Below, piece by piece: positions 53,422 to 64,000 of a stretch of 64,000 nucleotides of DNA. Below the pieces are notes generated by a model. It was not told the origin of the DNA. It made no database searches and worked only from the letters and a program-made list of their open reading frames with translations. The position numbers were made by a program, and so were the translations under genes. Origin of the DNA: the human T2T-CHM13v2.0 reference genome, Homo sapiens. Positions within the stretch are counted from its first letter, which is position 1, and each line of letters starts with the position of its first letter. The stretch lies in NCBI RefSeq assembly GCF_009914755.1, contig NC_060936.1. One strand, written 5' to 3'.

Positions 53422-54234
53422 TTGTTTTTTTTAAGACAGGGTATTACCCTGTCATCCAGGCTGGAGTGCAGTGACACAATCATAGCTCACTGCAGCCTCG
53501 AAATCCTGGACTAATGCAATCCTCTTGCCTTAGCCTCCCCCGAGTAGCAGAAGCATGATACCACGCCTAGCTAATTTTAAAATTTCTTAGACAGATGAGG
53601 TCTCACTAATGCAGGAAAACCCCCAAATTGAGGCTTAGCTCAGGAGGTTTCTTAGCTTCACTCAGGAAAGAATTCAAGAGCAAGCTGACAGTGAAAGAAA
53701 GCAAGTTTATTAGAGCAACGGGGTGCAGCAAAATGGCTGCTCCACAGACAGAGCAGGGCTATCTCATAGACAGAGTAGCAGCCAATAGCACTCGTGGATT
53801 GCTGGCTAGCTGTATTTATACCTACTTTTAATCATATGCTAATTAAGGGACAGGTTCTTCATGAACTTTCTGGTCTGGGAAAGGATTAGGTAGCTCCCAG
53901 AACTGTATAAGGTAACTTCTGGGTCATTGCCTTGGCATTTGTAAACTGTCATGGCACTGGTGGGAATGTCTTAAATACATTATAATTAGTGTATAATGAG
54001 CAATGAGGGCAACTAGAGGTTGCCTTTGTTGCCATCCTGGTTTTGGCCCATTTCTTTGCTACATCCTGTTTTGATCAATAGAGTCCTGACTGAGGGTCGG
54101 AACACAAGTACTGCTGATCTCCTACCTCATCCCTATGTTGCCCAGGCTGGTCTTGAACTCCTGGCTTCAAGCAATCCTCTCACCTTGGCCTCCCAAAACG
54201 CTGGGATTACAGGTGTGAGCCTCTGTGCCCAGCC
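53422..54234 (-). mobile_element. AluJ split by an LTR (53422-53606 and 54130-54234)
   Basis: atcatagctcactgcagcctcg...ggtctcac [LTR] tatgttgcccaggctggtcttgaactcctgg. Confidence 0.9.
53607..54129 (-). mobile_element. ERV1-class solo LTR, MER66-like
   Basis: Reverse complement begins tgaggtaggagatcagcag; contains catttgtaaactgtcatggc; 4-bp TSD tcac/tccc. Confidence 0.8.
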
Positions 54235-55934
54235 GCAATTTAAAATTTTTAGGTGTTAATAGTCACAAGGAATCTGTTGGTCATTGTTTGGCTTCATTTA
54301 TTTAATAAAATTATCCTAATTATTTTAAGGCATTAATAATTTTAATATTCTGTCTTTTAAACTTCATTTGCCTGCCTAGCAAACAAAATCTAATTCTCAT
54401 AAATCTAGTAAATTAAATATATGAACACAGTGAAACTTAGATTCTCTTAAACATTCCGATTTTGTAACAAATTTAGCAAAATTCTGTCATAGCTTTTAAC
54501 TTGAACTCACAAGTCTCAGCTACTCAATCACTCAATTTACATTAGTCACAATGCTCATTTATTAGATACTCTAATGTGCCAAACTCTCTTAAATATTATA
54601 AACACTTTTAATATCAGACATTAAAATATTGATAAGAAAGATTTTATTTATAACAGTATTGGAGCGCTCCCTGGCTCAGTAGACATTTACTCACTGCAGT
54701 GGGAGCATTTCCACTATCAACCACAGAGCTGTTTTGCTGGTTCTTGAGGTTAGAGGCTTCAGGTATCCAGGCAGATTTTTCTTACAACTACAAGCAATGC
54801 ATAGACCCCTCTTCCTTACATGCTGTATCAGTGAGGTTTCCATATATGCCTGTGCCCATAGAATGGTCTTATAGTCCCCCTGCTTTGGATTCTGGTTATA
54901 CCTTGTCTAGTCTGATTTAAGTCTGTAATCATCCACCCAGCTTGCTTCCCTACTAGATTGGATTTAATTAATCTATTTACTGCTTGATTGTATTCTGTTT
55001 CTGTTTTTTGGCCACAACATTTAAATAATGTCTTACTGTATTGCGTATTTCTATAGCTCTGGAGAAATGGCCTTTAGTTCTAATGACAGTTAATAACTGT
55101 TTTGCTACATAGGGCTCCTTTCATTATCCCCTGCCATGGATGCATGTTTTGAAGACTAATAAAAAAGACAGCATTTAATTAATGATGTTTAATTTGTGAT
55201 CACTTTCTTCTGGTTAACCAAAGACAAATTCAACTGTCTATCAGAGCTTCTTATCAGCATGAGATAATCAGTACTACAAATGGGTTGATATAATTCCAGT
55301 CAAAAGGAAATAACTGGTTTCTGTTTGTGTGCAGCTTGATCAGAGGCAAATACATAATTTTTGTGAGTCTCATTGGCAATCTGGAAACTGTTCATCAGCT
55401 TTTCATCACTTCCTTTGTGGACATCAGATTCAGAACCACAACTTAATCTTATCATTAGTCTGTCTTCTCTCCTTTCTCAAAAGCTGGGTCATCCCTTCTC
55501 AGTATCTCCTGGGGACCTTTCTTATTCATTGCCTTTACTTCCTACATCTCTGATCTCCACTCTTCACTATTTCTGTGACCCATATGCATCTCACATCTTT
55601 CCGATGTTAAAGAAACTCATGCCTGACTTTGTTTCTCCCTCTTACAATCATCTAATCTCTATCCTTCCAATGACCATACAAGTTTTTGAATGTGGCCCAT
55701 AGAAAGAACCTATTCTTTCTCTCCTTACGTTTTACTTCTGTACTTCCTTCCTACTTGGCCCTATCTAAGGTCACCTGATTATGGTTAAAAACCATGGATT
55801 CCTCTTGGCATTTCCTAGTCTGCTCTCATTATTTTGGGTCTACTTATTTGGCTTCTGCATCATTGCATTTATCTGCCTCTCTTCTTTCCCCTCTGCCAGT
55901 CCTTAGTCACTTTCTCTACCTTCTTTTTTTCATG

Positions 55935-56115
55935 GAGGCATAATGAAGAGCATAGGTTTTAGAGTCAGGCAGACATAGGGTTGAATCTCTGCTTTTTCGT
56001 CACCAGTTGTGTGACCTTGGGCAATGCTGAACTTTGCCCAGCTTCAGTTTCCTTATCTGGAACATGGGGATAATAATACCTTACTTGTAAGTTGCTGTAA
56101 GGATTAAAAGAACAA
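55935..56115 (+). mobile_element. MIR SINE
   Basis: agagtcaggcagac...tgtgtgaccttgggcaa...cagtttccttatctg...aggattaaa. Confidence 0.85.
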
Positions 56116-56949
56116 TCAGTGTGTAGATATGGTAACTGATATTTTATAGACTTCCTTCCCTTTGTAGTTTGTAATACTAAGGGTATTATCCAAAGTGTAC
56201 TGAGGCTTTCTCTTTCCCACGAAGCAGTCAGCTTTCATTCTGTATATTAACTCCAAAATTTGTATCAAGCTCACATATTTCCCAACTTCCAGACACATAT
56301 TTCTACCAGGTGCTAATTTTCTTCACTTGGATGCTTCATTAATCCAAAACTCAACATAATTCAAGCAATACTCAGCCTGTGATTACTTTCATTGTTAACA
56401 GAATCTGAATCCTCACAGTGGCTCCGAGGTTGGAGGCTTCTTCCTCCCTTCCTTCCTTCCTTCTCTCTTCTATCTACCCAACAACTGTGTCTTGAGCACT
56501 CTGTTATGGGCCATCCAGTGTGCTTTGCACCTACGGTACAATGAGGAGTATGACAAAGGCGATCTGATTGAGGAAGTGTGGTGGGTGCTGATGGTAGGAG
56601 GACAGACTGCAGTGGGGGCACTTCAGAGGATCCCCAGCAGAGTTGGGATGAGGTAATGGCCAAGTTTACATTTCTTCTCCTATTCCTACCCACCCCATTT
56701 TCAATAGATCTTACTTTCAATTTATGAAATATCTTGTTTCCATCCTTCTTTTTCATTCCTACCATAACTATTTCATTCAATCCAAGTATTCCAGGTACCT
56801 CGTTTTGGCTGGACATTCGTAAGACCTTCCCAAATCTGTCTCTAGTCAATCCATCTCCTTTCCAATTTGTTTTCTAAGAAGTTGTCAAGATCACTTCCTG
56901 AAGCACAAATCTGATCATTTATTTCCCTTGTTAAAAATCCTTATCGGTT

Positions 56950-57350
56950 ATACCAGTCAGGATTCAGTATAGGAAAGAGAAGGCACTCTAAGTATTTAAT
57001 CAGGAAAGGATTTAATGTGGGGTGTAGGTTTATAAAATCTAAGGGTGGCTAGATGAGCAGGCACAAGAACCATGTGCCAAGGATCTGCAAGTCTAGAGGT
57101 CAGGAATTTGCAGCTTTATCTGCTGTTCTTGGATCGGGAAGGCAATGATATTACTAGCCCACAACTGCGTTTCTTCACTTCAGAATGGTGATGTACCCTG
57201 GGTGTTGCTGCAGAAAAACCTCACATCTCTGTGATCTTACTTGTCAAAGTAGAAAACTGTCCATAAAGATCAGGAAGATGGTCTCCCTCTCATTTCCACC
57301 TTCCAAATCTCAGATAAGGGCAACTAATTAGTGGGACCTAACCTAATTTG
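56950..57350 (-). mobile_element. Probable old LTR (LTR78/LTR41-like) within L2
   Basis: cagtcaggattcagt...cactctaagtattt...aaaggatttaat start motif. Confidence 0.45.
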
Positions 57351-57397
57351 TGGAGGCCATGGAGTGTAGTGTGGAAGAACACACTCCATGGCCTCCA
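57351..57397. repeat. Perfect 17-bp inverted repeat, 13-nt spacer
   Basis: tggaggccatggagtgt / acactccatggcctcca. Confidence 0.95.
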
Positions 57398-58114
57398 TCT
57401 AGCCAGGCTGTCTGCTGCCTACGGCAAGTGCAATCTAATGTTCAAAGCCGTGTGTGGTTTTTCACTGTTGTATTTTGCTTAACCCCTTGTCTTCCGCCAT
57501 CTGTTTCTGTCACTAGCAGTTGCTAAACAGATACTTGTTGAATGCATTAATGAACGAAGGAATCCACTCCTGACCCAATTCTCTCTTACCTTCTGGCCAT
57601 AATGTTAGTAGGAATGCCCTTCCTGGCCTGTACCAACTTCTTCTACCTGCCAGAATCCTCCTACTCTTTCTCTAAGTCCCAACCAAATCTTCCCTCTTGT
57701 AGGGATCTTCTAACTACACCCAGAACACCCCTTGTCCCCTTTTGGAACACAGCGACTGTTTCCTTCATTGATATGGTACTCTTCCTCTACCCTTACCTTG
57801 GGGTTTATTCAGTATTTCCTTCTCCTTTTCTCCAGGCAAAGCAACTGCAGTTCTCTTCTAAGGATATTCATTTTCCTCTCTCTTATTGTTGTAATTGCAG
57901 TTGAGAGTCAATAATTTACAGATGTAGTTAAATCTTTTGTAGCTGATTCTCTCGTTTTTACTCTTGCGTAGAACCCCACATGCAGTTTTTCTCCTCTGCT
58001 AACATAGTTCCTGTTTTAGCCCTAGACAGAAATACAAAATAAATCTAAAATGGGAGGATCCTCCAAAGGAAAAAGGAAGAATTCTTGTTTATAGGTTTCT
58101 TTTTACTTTTTCAG

Positions 58115-58165
58115 TGGAATTCACGATATGTTCCCAGTGTTCTGGTTTGTTAGGCCTTGACCAGG
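58115..58165 (+). other. Candidate 51-nt cassette exon (phase 1-1), peptide (V)EFTICSQCSGLLGLDQ(G)
   Basis: Acceptor gtttctttttactttttcag| and donor AGG|gtaagt; open in the same phase as the upstream exons; no transcript evidence available. Confidence 0.35.
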
Positions 58166-58477
58166 GTAAGTGTATTACAAGAATATTCCATTCCCCTAAC
58201 ATTCATGTTTGGATTCAGTGCTGTAAAAGCAGGGCTATGCCGTTTGTCTGTGTGCTTGCCCCAGTGGATTCCTTAGAACTTGACTTTGTTTTATGTGGGG
58301 TGTAGGGAATCCTCTCACTATTTTTTTTTTCATCTTTTCTTTCTTCTTCTATTCTCTCTCTCTCTTTCTCTTTTTAAACAAAGCCCTTTGTTTTCTAGAG
58401 GTATCTACTTCGTAAGACAACTTAAATTAGTAAAAAGGCTACCTAGTCTTCAGGGAAATTCAGTTTTGTTGTATTTA

Positions 58478-59260
58478 AATAGACTTTATTTTCTAGGTTT
58501 ACAGCATAGTTGAGATGAATGTACAGAGATTTCCCACACACCCTCTGCCTCCCACATATGCATAGCTCCCCCAACTACCAACATCCCCCACAAGGTTAGT
58601 ATATTTGTTACAACCAATGAACTTACATGGACACATTATTATCACCCAAAGTCCATAGTTTACCTTAGGGCTCACTCTTGGTATGGTATATTCTATGGGT
58701 TTGGACAAATTTATAAAGACATGCATCCACCATCATGGTTTCATGCAGAGTAGTTTCACTGCCCTAAAAATCTCCTGTGCTCTGCCTGTTCATCCCTCCT
58801 TCCTCCTTCCACCTTGGCAACCATTGATATTTTTACTGTTTTCCTAGTTTTGCCTTTTCTAGACTGTCATAGAGTTGGAATTATATCATATGTAGCCTTC
58901 TCAGATTGGCTTCTTACACTTAGTAATATGCATTTAAGATTCCCTCATGTTCTTCATAGCTTGATAGCTCATTTTATTTTAGTGCTGAATAATATTCCAT
59001 TGTCTGGATATACCACAGTTTTATTTTTCATTCCTCTACAGAAGGACATCTTGGTTGCTTCCAAGTTTTGGCAATTATGAATAAAGCAGCTATAGACATT
59101 CATGTGCAGGTTTTTACGTGGACATAAGTTTTCAGCTCGTTTGGGAAGATACCAAGGAGTATGATTGCTGGATCGTAAGGTAAGAGTATGTTTAGTTTTG
59201 TAAGAAACTGCTAGTATCTTCCAAAGTGGCTGTACCATTTTGCATTCCTTCCAGCAATGC
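58478..59260 (-). mobile_element. L1MC1/2-type LINE 3' portion
   Basis: gtacagagatttccc...tcacccaaagtccatagtttac...ttccaaagtggctgtaccattttgcattcc. Confidence 0.9.
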
Positions 59261-60289
59261 AGATTTAGGAGGTTCAAAGGACTTCTTAAAAATTTATAAA
59301 AGGAAAAATTCATCCCTATAAAGGTGTAGAATGTTCAGTGGATGGCCTAGTTTTATTTTACCAAAATATGAGCATGTCACAGTCCTTTAAAATGCTCATT
59401 CTGCTTTCTCCTCTCAGCTCAAGTAATAGAACTTGAAATTGGTTGCAGAGAAATGAGGGGAAATTCTATAGCAATGGCACACTAGCTAATCACTCCTGTA
59501 GCACTGATATTAGAGTTCATTCTTAATTTTCTGCTTATGGATCAGCAACACTGAAGGAATGGGGAAAGCAAGCTGGGTCCCTGCAATTGCCTAAGTGGGC
59601 TTTCTTGCTTGCTTGAATTTAACCCGACCAAGGGGAGTGTAGTTCTTTAGGCGCTGATGGTTATTGCAGTTATGAGCAGAGGCATTTAATTTATTCCACT
59701 TCTTTGGATGCACTATAGCTAACTTCCTGTGAGGTAGGAAAAGGTGGGGGGGAATTAAATAATCCTCAAGCTGGTGTGAAGGGTCCCTTGTAAGCCCCAG
59801 TCTTGCCCTACTTCTTCAAGCCACACCTGTTCTTGGAATGGTACCTCTGCATTGGGGCAGGGCACTGGGCCACCAAGGAACATCAGCAGCCCATTGGGAT
59901 AGCCCCAGTCTCTACACTGAAATTTTGTGCTCAGGAAGACAGGGTTTTTTTCCCTCCAAATTTGAATGCTGGTGAAATCTCTCCATCAAGCCCCTTCTGC
60001 CTGGAAGAATCAATACCTATTTCTCTGCCAGGCAATTCCAACTAGAAAGTGTGTTTGGAATGCTTTACTATCCCCAAGGTGCCTCAATTACTTGGGTTAG
60101 CATTAAAAGCCAAGGATTTCAGAGGATGAATCTTTGTGGGATAAATTAATGCCTGTGGTGTTTTATAATCTCAAGGAGAAGGAGATGTTTTAGATTTAAA
60201 TTTTAATAAATGAGCTAATTAGAAATCAGTTCAGAGGGATTTTTAAAATTCTTTGTACTGAAGAATTTTTTCTTTTTAGCCAATCATAC

Positions 60290-61140
60290 TCTAAATAATT
60301 CTACAGATATACACTGAGGATCCATATGTACCAGGCATCACAATAAGCTGAGAGGTTAGAAAGATAGGTAAAAACACTCTCCCATCCCTGAGGAAACATA
60401 TAGTCTAGTAAGAGAGCCAGACACACAGAGACATCCAGTCTTTTTATAATCACGTATTTGAGTGTCTCCAGAGAGAGTTTATCTCTTGGGATACAAAGAT
60501 GAATAAAACTCAGGGTGGGGACTTCTCTGAAGGAAACACATAGTAAGACAGTTATGCTACTGTGTGATCGGTGCCAAAACTTGGAGATGGGTTACTCCAT
60601 TGGGGACATGCAGATGGACTGTCAAGGAATGCTTTAAAGAGGAGAAAGATGCTTGGGTGGTCCTTGGAGAATAAATAAGGATTCACAGGAGGAGGGCAGG
60701 GAAAAGAAAGTCCAAGCATTGGAAAAAGCCTGTGCCAGGACCCTGAAGTTTTCAACAGCTTGGTGAGTTTTGCAACTCTGAGTATGAGGATGTAAGTGAA
60801 TGAGAGGATGCAAGTGGGGAATGATGGCAAGAAGAAAGGTAGGAGAGCAGTCATGGGGCTTGTGACAGGTCTCATCCTGCACACAGTAAGACGCAGAGGA
60901 GAGTTTTCTGTTGGAGAAGGCACGATGGCATCTTCATTTAAAAATCCTCGGGGTTGGCCAGAGTGAGGCTCAAGGCAGGGAGGCTGCTTCTGAGACTATG
61001 ATATTCGCTCTGGGGAAAATTAATAGCTAGACTGGGGCAATGACAGCACAGTGAGGATAGAAAGAAGAAAGAAATGTTCAGGAGGTGATATGGACAAATG
61101 GGTTAAAGTGAGGATGGCACTGAGATTTCTAGCTGCCCTG
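60290..61140 (-). mobile_element. L2 fragments
   Basis: tatgtaccaggca...tagtctagt; purine-rich L2-antisense motifs. Confidence 0.55.
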
Positions 61141-62059
61141 TAATGTGGCCAAAACAGTCATCCATATAGGATTTTGATAAATGTCATTTTCTTTGGGCCA
61201 CAGAGTAGATAGCGATGCATTTACATGGAAAAATGGAAAGTCAGAGGAAGTGCAAGCTTGGAGGAAAAAAAGCTTGGATTTGGTATTGGGTCTAGGGCAT
61301 TTATTCCTTTAAAAAACAAAGCTAGCTGTTTCCTGCTGATGACAAATACATTCATATGCCTATTTGGTAGATGGACATGCTGTTGCTAATTGAAAATGCT
61401 CTAATTGAAATGACCGTTAGAAAATAACCTTCATACTTTATCCCTGATTGCCATGGTTATTTATTTATTAGGCCTCCTCTAAGGCTAGGCCAATGAGAAA
61501 AGAGGGATGATGTGGTCAGGCTTGGGAGGATTTTGTGTATCTCACCTTTGAGACAGCTCCCTGGGAGGAAAGAAAAGTTGCCTAGATTTCTGGGCTCCCT
61601 GAAGTCATTTGTGCTAGTTGATAATTCAGGGATCAAGTCTTCCCAGGATAGACTTGGACCAGATCGATTTTAACATAAAATAAGAGAAGAAAAATGTGAA
61701 ATGGGATCTATTGAACTTCCTGACTTATTAAATAAATGTAATTTAACGTTTTTACTCAGTACCTTAGTTCCAGTTATAGAGGTGAGGATCAGCTTGCCAT
61801 TCTTGGTCATTCCTGTTTCTGTAGGGTGCAAGAGTTGGCATATTATTTGTAGGTTTTCCTGTCACTGGATAGCATTTTAATCTTTGTTAATGGGTGTTAC
61901 ACGTTATTATGTATCTATATAAACTTGAACGTTGTTATACTACCCTGAGCTCCATACTAAGTGATCTCCTTGATTTCATTCCTACTCAAGAGTCAGAGAT
62001 AGCTGGAATTTTGTACAGATGTAGAGAACATGGGAACAGTTGCATAAACATTGGTCACG

Positions 62060-62460
62060 CTGTAAATATTCAAGAAATCCATCTTGAGTGTATATTGAGT
62101 GTGTATTATGTTCTGGACACTTTTTAGGCCCTGAGGGCTCAGTGAGGAGCACAGAAGAAACAGTCCTTGCCTGAGTGGAGCGTACATGATAGTGTAGAGG
62201 ATAGACATTAAACAAGCAATCAAATACAGTGGTTACAGATAGAGATAAATGTAATGAGAAAAAAAAAAAGAGTAACGAGCTGGAAAATGATTGAGGTGGG
62301 GAGTCAGGGAAGCGTTTCTGATAAGAAGCCATTCCAGGATCTAAGGAAAAGGGGTTCCAAGCAAAAGAAACAGATATGCAGACCCTGGGATGGGAATGAT
62401 CTTGGTGAGTTCAAGAAACAGGAGGACAGTGATTAGGGCTTGTAGATGTGATAGAGCTGG
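62060..62460 (-). mobile_element. L2 3' region
   Basis: tattgagtgtgtattatgttctggacact...gacattaaacaagcaatca...agtcagggaag. Confidence 0.7.
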
Positions 62461-62569
62461 GGAGAAATGGCTACCTTCTTCCCACCACTCATGGAATGCT
62501 TATTAGAGGCTCAAAAATATAATGGATGTATGCATACCATATATAAATATATATACCCCATCTCATGCT

Positions 62570-63075
62570 ACATAGTCAGGCATTGTTATTCTCATTTCCT
62601 AGATGAGGGAACTGGGTCTCAGAGACCAGGTCTACATAGTTAGGAAGTCACAGAGTGAGGCAGAGTCAAGGCCTTCCCACTCCACTCTTTCCACCTCATC
62701 CTAACTGCAGACCAGCAGGACTGAAGCAAGGCACTTGGAATGACATAAGTGCTGAGTCACTGGCCTCCTAGGCTGCTTGCATGGAATACCTATCTTAACA
62801 AAATTTGCAATGGCTTTTTTGGTATATTAGCAACAATAACAATTATAAAGCAATGATGACAACGGTGACAATAGCTATGCCTACTACCATATGCTTTTAT
62901 AGTTTGTAAAGTTCTTTATCATACAGCACCTCATTTGTAGCTCAGAAAAGTTCTCAAAGATAAGCGGGACAAGTTTTATGCTTCTCATTTAGGTTAAGAG
63001 ATTGCCTGAGGTGACACAGCGCACTGAGCTGGGACATGGCTGTTGTGATTCTAATTCAGTGCTCTTTACTTAAAC
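62570..63075 (-). mobile_element. Two MIR fragments
   Basis: ttattctcatttcctagatgagggaactg; ggttaagagattgcctgaggtgacacagc. Confidence 0.6.
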
Positions 63076-63199
63076 CATAGAAACTCCTGGTTGAAGGAGG
63101 AGATATATATGGTTCATAAGCTTGTAGGCATGAATTCCTGGAAAACAAGTTTGTCCTTTCTTCAAAGTGCTTTGGACTGTAAGGAAGAGGCATGAAAGA

Positions 63200-63880
63200 T
63201 GGATTCATTCTTTGTGTACTTATTGAGCTCCTGTTGTGTGTCAGACACTGGAAATAACAAAGGGTCCCACTTAAATAGGTTAAAAGGTACTAATTTAGCA
63301 CAGTGTTATCTGCTATTTGTATTTGATAAAAAGACGAGAAAAAACACTGCGGAAACACAGAGGAAGAAGCGATTAAGTAAGTCATTTTGGGGAATTTGAG
63401 GATGGCCTCACCGTGAAGATGGCATTGAACTGGGCCTTGAAGGATGATTGATAGTGGTGGGGAGGGATTCTCCAGGGAGAGAAGCAGGAAGGCTATTCTA
63501 GGAAAAAAGGATTATGGCAATAGAAGAATACACTCTCTGTGGGGAATAGCAACAGGTGTAACCAGGGCATGAGATAATATAGGAAGTAATGGTGGGAAAT
63601 TATGCTGGAAATGTAGACTGAAGTCAGGTTGCAGAGGGCTTTGAATGTCAGGTGCAGAAGTGGGTGTATTTGGCCTGATCATCCCAGACCTGTTACAAGG
63701 GGATGGCATGATTATATTTGTTGTATTTTAGAAAGAAAATTCTAATGGCTAAGGTAGGTCAGATTGGAACCAAGGAGAGTTTAGAAACCATTATAATAGT
63801 TTAAAAGAAAGAATTGGTTGCAGCCCCTAATTCTGTGTTGAGAAGAAGTTTAGAGGTAACATTGGTAAGACTTAAGTACT
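63200..63880 (-). mobile_element. L2 fragments
   Basis: ttattgagctcctgttgtgtgtcagacactg...ttgaactgggccttgaaggatg...gagggctttgaatgtcagg. Confidence 0.65.
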
Positions 63881-64000
63881 GATTGGATGTGGAGACACTC
63901 CAGTTAGATTTTAAATGCACACGCTAATTTTCTAACATTGGTGCACACACACATACTTCTTATTTTGGCTTCACCAGACTCAGCCTAATTCTCCCTGACT

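Noticed and set aside
56361-56849. 162-aa minus-strand ORF
   Set aside because: Overlaps L2 fragments and low-complexity sequence; no recognisable protein
58969-59313. 114-aa ORF resembling L1 ORF2 C-terminus (CWKECKMVQPLWK)
   Set aside because: Decayed L1 remnant, not a functional gene

Overview
Primate (almost certainly human) genomic DNA, AT-rich and dominated by interspersed repeats (Alu, L1, L2, MIR, MaLR/ERV LTRs, hAT-Charlie and Tigger relics). There are no prokaryotic features such as operons, CRISPR arrays, rRNA or tRNA. The window reads as intronic sequence of a large + strand gene with two clear, in-frame, phase 1-1 coding exons (7164-7247, 84 nt; 13244-13495, 252 nt) encoding a Ser/Thr/Pro-rich peptide. 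From memory, and not verified here, this peptide matches the N-terminal extension of a long upstream-promoter isoform of ANO4 (TMEM16D). Almost all other ORFs in the track are repeat-derived noise. The best leads are: a candidate 51-nt frame-preserving cassette exon (58115-58165); an open read-through of the 252-nt exon into an antisense FLAM; two perfect local inverted repeats (30421-30514, 57351-57397); a possible gene-conversion tract shared by two L1MC-type copies about 54 kb apart; an LTR nested in an AluJ; an inverted MER20 pair; and a CTCF-like site. I found no convincing wholly new multi-gene system. Repeat subfamily names come from recalled consensus sequences, and repeat boundaries are approximate unless a TSD is given.
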